From NCBI GenBank assembly GCA_021824625.1, contig JAKAKE010000179.1:16060-80059 (forward strand): DNA of 64,000 nt. The letters are read 5' to 3'. Both the position numbers and the translations under genes were made by a program. The notes beneath the pieces are model-generated. The model saw only the letters and a program-made list of their open reading frames with translations, had not been told where the DNA came from and searched no databases. How positions within the stretch are numbered: position 1 is the first letter of the stretch; the number at the start of each line of letters is the position of its first letter. Of the stretch, positions 24,635 through 34,294 are shown piece after piece. The stretch comes from Bacteroidota bacterium. Lineage in GTDB: Bacteria; Bacteroidota; Ignavibacteria; Kapaibacteriales; UBA2268.

Positions 24635-27199
24635 ATGAAAACTGATATTAGATTTATGATTAAAGAAGCGGCTCAGGATTATATTAGAAGTGGTTTAAGC
24701 GTTATTCCGGTCTTGCTGAAAGATAAGAGACCGGTTATTCAATGGAAGGCATATCAGTCTAAAATACCTACCCAGGAATTGCTCGATATCTGGTGGGCTC
24801 AAAATGATTATGCTGTTGCCTTGATTGCTGGTAAAGTGTCAGGTGGAATAGAATTTATTGATGTTGATAACCATGACGGAACGGCATCTGAAATTTTTGA
24901 ATCTTTTAAAGAGCTTGTTGTTAATACCGAACCCGGTCTCTTTGATAAATTGGTTATTCAGAAAACACAATCAGGCGGTTATCATATCGTTTATCGCTGC
25001 TCTGTTATCGAAGGTAACCTTAAGTTAGCTAAACGGTGGAAAAACGAAAAGGAACAGGATACAATCATCGAGACACGAGGTGAGGGGGGCTATGCTTTAA
25101 TCTCACCATCTCCCGGCTATGAATTACTGCAGGGTACTTTTACTAATGTGCAGTTGATTTCTCCTGAAGACCGTGAACTACTTTTATCTATATCGCGGAG
25201 TTTCAATGAAGTCGAGGATGTTAATCAGAACAGAACTCCTGAACATACTGAATTTATTCAATCAGAACGTCCCGGCGATGCTTTTAATAAGAGAGGGGAT
25301 ATTGCCAATGAACTGAAAGATGTTGGTTGGACTTTGGTAAAATGCCAGGGTAATAAGGAACTGTGGAGACGTCCAGGGAAAGAGAAGGGCATCTCCGCTA
25401 CATTTAATTTCATTAAGGATAAGTTCTATTGTTTCACTTCGAACGGACACCCCTTCGAAATGGGTAAAGCTTATGATAAGTTTGCTGTTCATACAATTTT
25501 ATATTACAATGGGGATTTTAAAGAGTCTGCTAAAGAACTTCTCAGGCATGGTTACGGTTCGATGAACGGAAAAGGAAAGGGTATCTCCGGGGTAAAATCT
25601 AATCCGAACAAACCTACTCTTTTTCCTTCGGATGATATTTTCAAGGCATTAAATTTACCTGAGAACTGTGTTTTTTGGTATGAGACGACCAAAGGAGTAA
25701 GAGAACCAATCCAATGTCTTAACATTAATAAAACCAACTTCATTAATTATTTAGAGTATAACGGCTATTACAAATATTGGATTGATACAAACTTATCTAT
25801 CTACATCAGAATTCAGCAAAACATTGTATCTGAGGAGACACCTGAAACTATAATTGATTTTGTGAAACGGGCTGTATATAACATGCCTGAAAAAATTTCA
25901 AACAATTTTACAAACCTTCAGTTGTGGGAAAACATTGTTCAGAAGATACACATATTCAAATCCAATGATTTTCTTGCTACACTCACACCGAAGCATTTAA
26001 ACCTGGTCAGAGATACTAAAGACACAGCATTTTTCTTTTTCAGGAATAAATGCATCAAGGTAATAAAGGATAATGCAATAGAAGTTGATTACAAGGATTT
26101 GAAGGGGCATATCTGGAAAGAGCAGATTATCAAGCATGATTTAAAATTATTGCCACTTGAAGAGGCGGGAGACACTTCTAATTGTGTTTTCGGCAGGTTC
26201 CTCGAGCATGTATGCTCACCCCATAATTCCGAGTTCCCTGAAGACCGTTCTAAACGTATTGTTGATACGAAAAGGTTAAGTTCTCTCTGTTCAGCAATCG
26301 GTTACTTACTCCATACTTATAAGAACCCTGCCCTCACTAAAGCAATTATATTCTGTGAAGAAAAGATTGCTCAGAATGAAGAAGCAAATGGCCGTACAGG
26401 AAAGGGTTTAACCTATCATGGTATTATTAAATTAAGGAAACATGTGTTCTTTAACGGCAAACAGGTTGATTTTAAGGATAAGTTTTATTTTCAGAAAATC
26501 AGTCCTGATACTCAGCTTCTTATTTTTGATGATGTTAAAAAAGGATTTGACTTCGAAAGCTTGTTTTCGATTTTAACTGAGGGGATTACCGTTGAGCGAA
26601 AAGGAATGAAACCTTTTGAGATTCCTTTTGACCAGTCACCTAAAATATTAATTACTACCAATCATGTACTATCTAATGAAACTGATTCGCATCGTGCCAG
26701 GAAACATGAGATTGAATTCTCTGATTATTATACTGCTGATTTTACTCCGGTTGATGATTTTGGAGGGAATATTCTTGATAAGGGATGGGTTCCTGATGAT
26801 CCTGAATGGGATAGATTTTATTCTTTTATGATATATATAACACTTCATTATTTGGCTAATGATTTGGTTGATTATCAACAGGTCAATCTTGCTGAACGGA
26901 AAATGATTGCTAATGTTAATGGTGATTTTCTTGAGTTTATTATGGATGAATATCCCGATGAAGAATTGACTCCCGGATTGAAAATTTTTAAAGATGATAT
27001 CTATAATAAATTTACAAGTAAATATGAAATTTATGGTCCCCATGGACATTATGCGAAGTCTCAAACCATGACTTCAAAATGGATGAAAATGTACTTGGTT
27101 TACAAAAAAGTGAACTTCAAAGAAAGTCGAAATTCAACCAGGGATGATAGGAAAAAGTATTTTGTTTTAGGGGGTGATGCAAATGAGGGGATGTTCTGA
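24635..27199 (+). CDS. replication protein: N-terminal bifunctional primase-polymerase (prim-pol) domain + C-terminal P-loop (D5/P4-type helicase-like) domain
   Basis: GLSVIPV...KRPVIQWKAYQ, IEFIDVDNHD and GGYH in the N-terminal part. NGRTGKG (Walker A) and LLIFDDV (Walker B) in the C-terminal part. The track ORF starts at TTG 24611. Confidence 0.8.
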   Translation: MKTDIRFMIKEAAQDYIRSGLSVIPVLLKDKRPVIQWKAYQSKIPTQELLDIWWAQNDYAVALIAGKVSGGIEFIDVDNHDGTASEIFESFKELVVNTEPGLFDKLVIQKTQSGGYHIVYRCSVIEGNLKLAKRWKNEKEQDTIIETRGEGGYALISPSPGYELLQGTFTNVQLISPEDRELLLSISRSFNEVEDVNQNRTPEHTEFIQSERPGDAFNKRGDIANELKDVGWTLVKCQGNKELWRRPGKEKGISATFNFIKDKFYCFTSNGHPFEMGKAYDKFAVHTILYYNGDFKESAKELLRHGYGSMNGKGKGISGVKSNPNKPTLFPSDDIFKALNLPENCVFWYETTKGVREPIQCLNINKTNFINYLEYNGYYKYWIDTNLSIYIRIQQNIVSEETPETIIDFVKRAVYNMPEKISNNFTNLQLWENIVQKIHIFKSNDFLATLTPKHLNLVRDTKDTAFFFFRNKCIKVIKDNAIEVDYKDLKGHIWKEQIIKHDLKLLPLEEAGDTSNCVFGRFLEHVCSPHNSEFPEDRSKRIVDTKRLSSLCSAIGYLLHTYKNPALTKAIIFCEEKIAQNEEANGRTGKGLTYHGIIKLRKHVFFNGKQVDFKDKFYFQKISPDTQLLIFDDVKKGFDFESLFSILTEGITVERKGMKPFEIPFDQSPKILITTNHVLSNETDSHRARKHEIEFSDYYTADFTPVDDFGGNILDKGWVPDDPEWDRFYSFMIYITLHYLANDLVDYQQVNLAERKMIANVNGDFLEFIMDEYPDEELTPGLKIFKDDIYNKFTSKYEIYGPHGHYAKSQTMTSKWMKMYLVYKKVNFKESRNSTRDDRKKYFVLGGDANEGMF

Positions 27200-27200
27200 T

Positions 27201-27654
27201 GTGTCCGTTTATTAGTAGAAATATTGCTTTATTGTTATACAAACCGGGTTCAGAAAGAATCGGGTCAAGTTTTGGAAGTCGGAAAGAATTGGCTAATAAT
27301 ATACTATGTGTCCGTTTATATGATAAGAAAAAAGTAAACGGACACCAAACGGACACCAAACGGACACCCATAAATTTATATAATATAAATAACTTATTAA
27401 TTATGTGGACGGTGGACGTTTGTTTTTACTATACTACACATAAGGAAAAAGAAATAATAATAAATAATAAAGAAATATATATATATGCATTATATATAGG
27501 GGGGATATAGGGGTAAATGTCCACCGTCCACACTTTGCTAACTATTATAAATAATTATAGTGTAAGCGTGGACACTTAAAAAACGGCAAACGGACACAAT
27601 ATTTATAAGTGATAAATAAATAAATTGATTAGAAAATTTAGTTAATACGGACAC
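27201..27654. other. putative phage replication origin (iterons + AT-rich unwinding region)
   Basis: At least 7 copies of ACGGACAC/GTGTCCGT in both orientations. Inverted repeat GTGGACGGTGGAC (27405-27417) / GTCCACCGTCCAC (27519-27531) flanks a ~100-bp AT-rich tract. Lies directly after the primase-helicase gene. Confidence 0.6.
27336..27368 (+). repeat. three perfect tandem 11-bp repeats AAACGGACACC
   Basis: Read directly at 27336-27346, 27347-27357 and 27358-27368. Confidence 0.9.
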
Positions 27655-27670
27655 AGGGGGAAAAGCTGAA

Positions 27671-28096
27671 ATGAAATTGTATGCTGATAAAGAAGAGAAG
27701 GAACTGAGTATTATTAATAATATTCTCGATAAACATAATGTTTCTTCAATGGAAATTGTCAACTGGGAACCTGTACAAAATCCTGTTGAAAACCTTATGG
27801 AAAATGTTAAATCCATCGAACAGGAAATTGCTGATATTTTACCAGGACCGGAACCAAAAATTAAACCGGAAACCATCAGACATTTTGAATCTGACTTCGG
27901 AAAAATTGAATGGAATACAGTTAAGAAAATTATCATATTTGATAATGGAGTTGTTTTTACTGAAAAGGAAATTCTTAATCTTCATCAATCTAACAATGGT
28001 GAAATGATTACTCCTGAGCAATGGAATCTGAAAACAAGTTTTAAAGGAAAGTTTGTTGAACCGGAATTAAGGATGCTCGATGCAAAAGCCAGCTGA
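27671..28096 (+). CDS. hypothetical protein
   Basis: 141-aa ORF with a GGGGGAAAAG purine run upstream. Confidence 0.55.
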   Translation: MKLYADKEEKELSIINNILDKHNVSSMEIVNWEPVQNPVENLMENVKSIEQEIADILPGPEPKIKPETIRHFESDFGKIEWNTVKKIIIFDNGVVFTEKEILNLHQSNNGEMITPEQWNLKTSFKGKFVEPELRMLDAKAS

Positions 28097-28191
28097 AGAA
28101 CGGTATAAAAGTAAACGGTCAGAATATTGGAAGGATTATTATAAACAGCATAAAGTTGATATAAAATTGAGAGAATATAAAAAATTATTAA

Positions 28192-29454
28192 ATGGAGATA
28201 AAAGTGTTACGCGAATATCAAATAGAATTAGCTGACAAGACATATTCGATTTTAAAAGAATATTATATTGCTTATCTCTCGATGGAGATGAGAGTCGGTA
28301 AAACTTTGATTGCTCTTAAAGCGGCTGAACTTCTTGGTGTTAAAAACGTTTTGTTTGTTACCAAGAAGAAAGCAATCTATTCAATCCAGAATGATTATGA
28401 GAATGAACACTTTGGATTTGATTTGACAATTATAAATTATGAACAGCTTGATAAATACGAACCTGAATTTGACCTGGTAATTGTAGATGAAAGTCATAAC
28501 CTCGGAGCATATCCCAAACCATCCCAAAGAACTGTTCGATTGAAAAAGATTATTGGAGCAAATTATTTAATCATGCTCTCCGGAACACCATCCCCGGAAA
28601 GTTACTCTCAGCTCTTCCATCAGTTTTGGATTTCAGATTTCACTCCATTCAAACATTCAAACTTTTATAAATGGGCTAAAGAATATGTTTTGGTAAAAGA
28701 GAAATGGATCAACGGTTATAAAATAAACGATTACTCTCGGGCTTATAATGATAAAATTATGCAGGTGCTGAATCCATATTTTATTTCTTATACCAGGGAA
28801 GAGGCGGGGTTTAAACAAATTAATATTATCGAGGAGATTAAGATTGTAGATATTAATCCCAAAATAAACGTATTAGTAAAATTGTTATTGGATAATAAAT
28901 TTTATGAATTTAGGGACGGGAGTAAAATTGTATGCGATAGTGCAGTAAAACTTCAAAACAAGATTCATCAAATTTATTCAGGGAGTGTTATTTGTGAAGA
29001 TGGTTCAGCAAAGGTTCTTGACCTATCTAAAATAGAATTTATTATACAGCATTACAAAGGATTGAAGATTGCAATCTTTTATAAATTTATTGCTGAAGGT
29101 AAAATCATTAAAAATAATATAAGTAATTATACTGAGGATCCGGAAGAGTTTAATAAAAGTAATGACAAAATATTTGTTTCTCAGATATTATCGGGCTCTA
29201 TGGGGGTTAATCTTGAAACTGCAGATGTTTTGTTATTTTATAATATTGATTTTTCTTCTACTTTATATTGGCAAAGCAGGGCACGAATAATGAATTTTAA
29301 TAGAAATAAACCACCAATTATTAATTGGATTTTTTCCAATGGAGGTATTGAAAAGAAGATTTATGATGTGGTATTAAAGAAGCGTTCATTTACTACTTAC
29401 TATTTTAAAAAACATTATTTAAATGGAGAATATAAATATGTCGCAAAGAATTGA
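28192..29454 (+). CDS. SNF2/DEAD-like superfamily II helicase
   Basis: LREYQ, MEMRVGKT (motif I), VIVDESHN (motif II) and LSGTPSPES (motif III). Confidence 0.8.
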   Translation: MEIKVLREYQIELADKTYSILKEYYIAYLSMEMRVGKTLIALKAAELLGVKNVLFVTKKKAIYSIQNDYENEHFGFDLTIINYEQLDKYEPEFDLVIVDESHNLGAYPKPSQRTVRLKKIIGANYLIMLSGTPSPESYSQLFHQFWISDFTPFKHSNFYKWAKEYVLVKEKWINGYKINDYSRAYNDKIMQVLNPYFISYTREEAGFKQINIIEEIKIVDINPKINVLVKLLLDNKFYEFRDGSKIVCDSAVKLQNKIHQIYSGSVICEDGSAKVLDLSKIEFIIQHYKGLKIAIFYKFIAEGKIIKNNISNYTEDPEEFNKSNDKIFVSQILSGSMGVNLETADVLLFYNIDFSSTLYWQSRARIMNFNRNKPPIINWIFSNGGIEKKIYDVVLKKRSFTTYYFKKHYLNGEYKYVAKN

Positions 29455-30088
29455 AATAAAACCAGGTGATAGGTATGGTAGATTAATAATAATAGAAGAA
29501 CTACCATTAGTTAGAAAAAATTACGGTAAAGTTAGTAGAAATGTTAGAATAGTTAAATGCAAATGTGATTGTGGGAATGAGTTTATTATAAATTTAATTT
29601 CTTTAAGAAGAAAAGATTGTGAAAAAAGCTGTGGTTGTAATAAAAAAGTAAAATGTAGGGACATTAATATTAAACATGGAAAAACATTTACACGGTTATA
29701 TAAAATTTGGAGCTCAATGAAAACAAGGTGTTTAAATAAAGAACACGATAATTTTAAATATTATGGAGGCAGGGGGATTAAGATTTGTGAAGAGTGGCTA
29801 ACATTTGAAAATTTTTACAACGACATGGGAAATGGATATAAAATCAATTTATCATTAGACAGAATTGACAGCAATGGAGATTATAATAAGGCAAATTGCA
29901 GATGGATTGAAAAGAATGAGCAATTTGTAAATCGTAGATCAAACAGGAAATTTCATTATAAAGGAGAATTGCTTTCCATTTCTGAAATATCAAAAAAAAT
30001 AAATATTAATTACTATCAATTAAGATATCGTTTAATGCATGGGTGGAGTATTGAAAAAATAATGAATGAATTCAAGGATAAAAATTAA
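29423..30088 (+). CDS. conserved phage protein with Cys cluster and YGGRGI motif (DNA-binding/endonuclease-like)
   Basis: CKCDCGNEF...CGC, then LYKIWSSMKTRC...KYYGGRGIKICEEW. Alternative ATG at 29438. Confidence 0.55.
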   Translation: MENINMSQRIEIKPGDRYGRLIIIEELPLVRKNYGKVSRNVRIVKCKCDCGNEFIINLISLRRKDCEKSCGCNKKVKCRDINIKHGKTFTRLYKIWSSMKTRCLNKEHDNFKYYGGRGIKICEEWLTFENFYNDMGNGYKINLSLDRIDSNGDYNKANCRWIEKNEQFVNRRSNRKFHYKGELLSISEISKKININYYQLRYRLMHGWSIEKIMNEFKDKN

Positions 30089-30358
30089 ATGGAGAAGGAT
30101 ATACAGGATAAGATAATAAAGTTCTTGAAGAGTCAGGGCTATTATGTAATTAAGACAATCGTTGTCAGCAGGAATGGAGTACCTGATATAATTGCCTGTA
30201 TTCGTGGCAAATTTTATGCTTTTGAAGTGAAAAATGAAAAAAGGAAAATTACTCCTCTTCAAGAATATAACATCAAGTTAATTAATGAATCAGGTGGGAA
30301 AGCTTACCTGGTGCGGTCTGTCGAGGAAGTGAAGACGGTTTTAAGTAGTATTGTTTAA
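30089..30358 (+). CDS. VRR-NUC / Holliday-junction-resolvase-like PD-(D/E)XK nuclease
   Basis: 89 aa with GVPDIIA...FEVKNEK (D...ExK). Confidence 0.65.
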   Translation: MEKDIQDKIIKFLKSQGYYVIKTIVVSRNGVPDIIACIRGKFYAFEVKNEKRKITPLQEYNIKLINESGGKAYLVRSVEEVKTVLSSIV

Positions 30359-30411
30359 TTGGAAATGAGATATAGAAAAACTATTATTTTAAACATAGAT
30401 TGGGGGATATA

Positions 30412-30702
30412 ATGGCTAAAGAGTTTATGCTCAAGTACTTAAAGAAGGAACATTTGAAAGGGAATGATGGATTGACAGAAATTGCCGATATATCTGGAAT
30501 GGATATCGTGAAAACTTTACTCAAGAACCATGAAGGATTGAGGATGTGCTATGTCCCTATGTTGTCGAATAACAAAGAATTGATTCGGGAAGTAATCAGA
30601 TGCAACAAAGATAAAATGACAATCACTCAATTGGTAAATATAACCGGTCTGTCGAGAAGAAAAATTGAGAGGATGATTGCTGAATTAGAAATGAAGGATT
30701 GA
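30412..30702 (+). CDS. small C-terminal HTH protein (candidate late-gene transcription regulator)
   Basis: C-terminus MTITQLVNITGLSRRKIERMIAEL looks HTH-like. ATG 30412 is preferred over TTG 30400. Confidence 0.45.
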   Translation: MAKEFMLKYLKKEHLKGNDGLTEIADISGMDIVKTLLKNHEGLRMCYVPMLSNNKELIREVIRCNKDKMTITQLVNITGLSRRKIERMIAELEMKD

Positions 30703-30744
30703 AAGTTAATTTATATTTTATAAATAATCAAAGGAGATTGTAGA

Positions 30745-31542
30745 ATGAAAACTTATTATGATTTGGGTAAACCATGGGAAAGTAATAATTTATTTTCAGG
30801 TTTATTATTTTGTATTGATAGTGAAGATTATAAATTCCAAAGAAGTTTGAAAGCGATGGGAAGGGTAATTAGAAATAATTGGGATAGCGAAAATCAGCAA
30901 ATGAAGGGGCTATTTTGTGATTTATATAATGTAAAATTAAAGCAATTCAAAAGTCTTATTTGTGAACGAGTATCGCACCATGCACCTTTAAATTTAAAAA
31001 GGAACGAGGAGGCATTTAGAAAAGACTTTAGAGATATTGAAAGTGAGGTTTGGGATTTAGAATGGAGAACCTTATTATATGATAAAATTGAAAATCAAAA
31101 CAGAATTTATGCTAATTCAATTATTAATAAAAATAATGGAAACACTAAGGAGACCAAAATGAATTTACTACCGATTAAAGAAGCAGCAGAAAAAATTAAT
31201 ATATCCCCAAGCGAACTTTACAATTATATCAAAAAAGGTAAAATCAAATCTTGGAGACATGGAAAAAGAAGTTTATTTGTTGAACATGATGAATTAATAA
31301 ACTTAAATGATAAAATCAAAAAGGCAACACCAGTAACATTAGCATCACCAATAAAGCCCCCCACAAATGGAGACATAAAAAATGGTGATATGGATTTAAT
31401 ATTGAAAAAATTAAATGAGATTGATAATTATGAACACATCACGCAAAATGTATTAAAGAAAATTTCTGAAACGAATATTTATTTAGATAAGATTAATTTT
31501 TGTGTGAAAAGAATTTATGAAGACTTATATGGTATTAAATAA
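30745..31542 (+). CDS. hypothetical protein with internal excisionase-type HTH
   Basis: LLPIKEAAEKINISPSELYNYIKKGKIKSWRHGKRSLFVEHDEL. Confidence 0.55.
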   Translation: MKTYYDLGKPWESNNLFSGLLFCIDSEDYKFQRSLKAMGRVIRNNWDSENQQMKGLFCDLYNVKLKQFKSLICERVSHHAPLNLKRNEEAFRKDFRDIESEVWDLEWRTLLYDKIENQNRIYANSIINKNNGNTKETKMNLLPIKEAAEKINISPSELYNYIKKGKIKSWRHGKRSLFVEHDELINLNDKIKKATPVTLASPIKPPTNGDIKNGDMDLILKKLNEIDNYEHITQNVLKKISETNIYLDKINFCVKRIYEDLYGIK

Positions 31543-31573
31543 TATTTAATTAAATTTGATTTGAGGTTTTACC

Positions 31574-31801
31574 ATGAAAAAATTATTTATCATATTATTT
31601 TTCTGTCTCTTATCCGGATGCGGACTCTTGGATGATTGTCATCAATGCAAAGGATTGAGTCCGCAGTATGAGGAAAAGTTATTGAAATATTATGAATGGG
31701 AATTGATGTCTTATGAAGAGCTGATGTATAAAATAAATGATGCAGTAAATTGTAAACGTGAAGTATGTGATGGAAATGATTATTGTACAAAACACAGATA
31801 G
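31574..31801 (+). CDS. small lipoprotein with C-terminal Cys3-His tail
   Basis: Lipobox LLSGC. C-terminus CKREVCDGNDYCTKHR resembles the tail of the 8642-9025 product. Confidence 0.55.
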   Translation: MKKLFIILFFCLLSGCGLLDDCHQCKGLSPQYEEKLLKYYEWELMSYEELMYKINDAVNCKREVCDGNDYCTKHR

Positions 31802-31810
31802 GAATTATTT

Positions 31811-32011
31811 ATGCAAATAGCAATAAGCCATGATGATGGCACTTATGTTCTCTGGGTTGACGGTAAACTTGAAGGAAAAGTAATCGAGACAAGCCTGGAT
31901 AAAATAAATTCAATTAAAAAAGAATTTGCTAAAATAATAAAAAGTCTGCAAGAGCTTCATCTCGAAAGGCAGAAGAAAGAGAATTTTTTGAATTCAATAA
32001 AACAGGGGTAA
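31811..32011 (+). CDS. hypothetical protein
   Basis: 66-aa ORF. Confidence 0.45.
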   Translation: MQIAISHDDGTYVLWVDGKLEGKVIETSLDKINSIKKEFAKIIKSLQELHLERQKKENFLNSIKQG

Positions 32012-32016
32012 AGATT

Positions 32017-32268
32017 ATGGAAGATTTCGGTTACGAAGATATGGAAAAAGCTTTTTACGCAGGCCAATATTCAAAGGAAACATTTAAAGTTTGGTTTGAT
32101 AAAGAATATCCAGATAACATTAAATCAATTTTAAATAATGAAGCAAAAGAGAGGATTAAACAAAATCCAAAACATCTTAATTATTCAATTCCTGAATTAG
32201 ATTCTGAAAATAAAATCAGACCCAAAATGCGAAGTTCAGGAAATTTTAGCTGTGGATTTTTAGATTAA
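32017..32268 (+). CDS. hypothetical protein
   Basis: 83-aa ORF. Confidence 0.45.
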   Translation: MEDFGYEDMEKAFYAGQYSKETFKVWFDKEYPDNIKSILNNEAKERIKQNPKHLNYSIPELDSENKIRPKMRSSGNFSCGFLD

Positions 32269-32468
32269 CTCATCATACCCTGTGCCACTAATCAGCAATT
32301 CCAAAAATAGTTGCGAATTATTACCAATTTCTATTCATAATTTCAATGCAGAATTATTACTAATCTCTGTAAATACCTGAAAATAAAGCAGATACAACTT
32401 GACTTGCAAAGGTTAATGTCTTAAGTTGTCATCAGTTAAATAAATGATTGATAACAAAGGACTTAACA

Positions 32469-33446
32469 ATGACACAGCAGGAAATATTAAGAACAAACCA
32501 AACCAAGACTTGGAAGATAGAAAGACTTCTTGAGCTTGGAAAAACAAGACAGGAAGTTGCTGACCTGGTTGAAACAAATTATGGCTTTGCACATAATGTT
32601 TATGCAAGACTTTTTCCTGACAGGATAAGAAGAAATTCAACGAGAGAGGTTCTTCAGCAAACCGAATATATGCTGAGAAATTTTGAATTCAATCATACTT
32701 TCGGAGTTGAAATAGAAGCTTATGGAATAAGGAAAGAGGAAGTCGAAGAGGAATTAAGAGCAGCCGGGATTGAAACAAGAAATGAAAGTTATAATCATAC
32801 AACCAGGAATCATTGGAAGATTGTAAGTGATGGTTCTTTAACAGGTCAGAATACTTTTGAATTGGTGAGTCCGAAATTAAGAGGCAAAGCAGGATTGAGA
32901 CAATTAAAAACAGTATGCTTGATTTTGAAAGGAATGGAAACAAAGGTTAATAAGAGTTGTGGATTGCACATTCATTTTGATGCTGCCGAATTCGATATTA
33001 AAACTTGGAAGAGACTTTATAAAAATTATGCTAAATTAGAATTGCATATTGATAGCTTTATGGCACCAAGCAGAAGAGGTTCAATAAATCAATTTTGTAA
33101 AAGTTTAAGAGTAGCAAATTTTGAAAATAAAATTGATGATGTTTCAAATCTTGAGTATATGGAAACAGGATTGAGAATGATTGAAACTAAAATTACAGGT
33201 GGAAACAGATATTTTAAATTAAATTCACAAAGTTATTGGAGACATAAAAGTGTAGAATTTAGACAACATGCAGGAACAGTACAATTTGAAAAAATACAGA
33301 ATTGGATTTACTTCTTAGCAAGATTGATTGAATATTCAAAGAATGCTGAAGTAAGAAATGAAACATGGGAAACATTAAAAAGTTTTCTGAGCGAAGATTT
33401 AATGAGTTACTTTGCAGGAAGAAAAAGAGAATTAGCAAGACAATAA
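32469..33446 (+). CDS. putative amidoligase (Amidoligase_2 family)
   Basis: FGVEIEAYG, WKIVSDGSL...FELVSPKLRG and CGLHIHFDA match the family pattern. ATG 32469 is preferred over TTG 32448. Confidence 0.65.
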   Translation: MTQQEILRTNQTKTWKIERLLELGKTRQEVADLVETNYGFAHNVYARLFPDRIRRNSTREVLQQTEYMLRNFEFNHTFGVEIEAYGIRKEEVEEELRAAGIETRNESYNHTTRNHWKIVSDGSLTGQNTFELVSPKLRGKAGLRQLKTVCLILKGMETKVNKSCGLHIHFDAAEFDIKTWKRLYKNYAKLELHIDSFMAPSRRGSINQFCKSLRVANFENKIDDVSNLEYMETGLRMIETKITGGNRYFKLNSQSYWRHKSVEFRQHAGTVQFEKIQNWIYFLARLIEYSKNAEVRNETWETLKSFLSEDLMSYFAGRKRELARQ

Positions 33447-33478
33447 TTTTATTATATTTGTATAGGAAAGGAATAGAA

Positions 33479-33709
33479 ATGAAAACTTATAATTTATTAG
33501 GTGGCGGAACCATAACAGCAGAGAGCAATCAGGAGATTGTTGAAAATTTAAATCTTACTTCTTTATTTGGAAGAAGAAAAAACCTTAATGAATTTATGGT
33601 TGAAACAGCGAAAGCCTGCCAGGTGCAAACTGGTGCAGAAGTAAGAACAAATAATATTAATTCGTTTGTTGAGGATTTGATTAAGGCGGGGTTCTTGACT
33701 GAATCTTAA
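33479..33709 (+). CDS. hypothetical protein
   Basis: 76 aa from ATG 33479, preceded by AGGAAAGGAA. The track ORF (33365) overlaps the amidoligase gene. Confidence 0.45.
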   Translation: MKTYNLLGGGTITAESNQEIVENLNLTSLFGRRKNLNEFMVETAKACQVQTGAEVRTNNINSFVEDLIKAGFLTES

Positions 33710-34278
33710 ATAAATTTCTTAATCACTTCGGCAATTTCATTAACATCATCTTCTGTCAAAACAATGAATGGCCTTGGTGGAATAGTAACCTGGTGCGGGC
33801 CTGTATATTTTACTTTTCTACCCTCAGCTTCGAGTTCAGCAGCTTTCTTCTTAGAAATGAAATGGGCACCATCTTCAAGAACAATATAAGGTGTTCCACC
33901 AGGATGAGTAAACGTAACTCCGAATTGATGAGCAGCGGCATAAGGTGTGTTTGCTGAAATAGAAACCTGTGTTTTTCCTTGAGGTAGAACTTCAATCTGT
34001 TGTTGCATAACACCTGAACGACTCAAGATTGCCGCATAAGGTCTAATTTTAGTAGGATTATATCCTTTACTCCATTTTGTCCAAGTCTGTGAACCTCCAG
34101 AGAATAAATCAATATTAGTTGTCTGACCACTCCATCTTCCATGTTGTATAAAATTCCTTTCAATAGTCATCTGAATGAGTGCAACAATTTTATGAAGGAT
34201 TGGAGTTATATCTTCAAACTTTCTTTGAAGTTGTTTAACAGCATCATCAAGGGCATTCTTTATTTGAACTTCTATCAT
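33706..34278 (-). CDS. phage virion morphogenesis protein (Mu gpG-like)
   Basis: 190 aa. Last gene of the minus-strand head operon, after the Mu F-like gene. N-terminal pattern LQRKFEDITPILHKI...RNF. Confidence 0.55.
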   Translation of the reverse strand: MIEVQIKNALDDAVKQLQRKFEDITPILHKIVALIQMTIERNFIQHGRWSGQTTNIDLFSGGSQTWTKWSKGYNPTKIRPYAAILSRSGVMQQQIEVLPQGKTQVSISANTPYAAAHQFGVTFTHPGGTPYIVLEDGAHFISKKKAAELEAEGRKVKYTGPHQVTIPPRPFIVLTEDDVNEIAEVIKKFI

Positions 34279-34294
34279 TTTACTAACAGCTTTA

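Noticed and set aside
27336-27368. Possible CRISPR-like array
   Set aside because: The repeats are only 11 bp and directly abutting, with no spacers. No cas genes are present in the window.
27199-27510. 103-aa plus-strand ORF, together with the 27117-27371 and 27538-27936 minus-strand ORFs, covering the region after the primase gene
   Set aside because: They run through iterons and a low-complexity AT-rich tract, lack RBS-like sequences and give implausible compositions. The region is better explained as a replication origin.
28080-28235. 51-aa plus-strand ORF (MQKPAEERYKSKRSEYWKDYYKQHK...) bridging 28096 and 28192
   Set aside because: It overlaps both neighbouring genes out of frame and has no clear RBS. 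Support is insufficient to call it.
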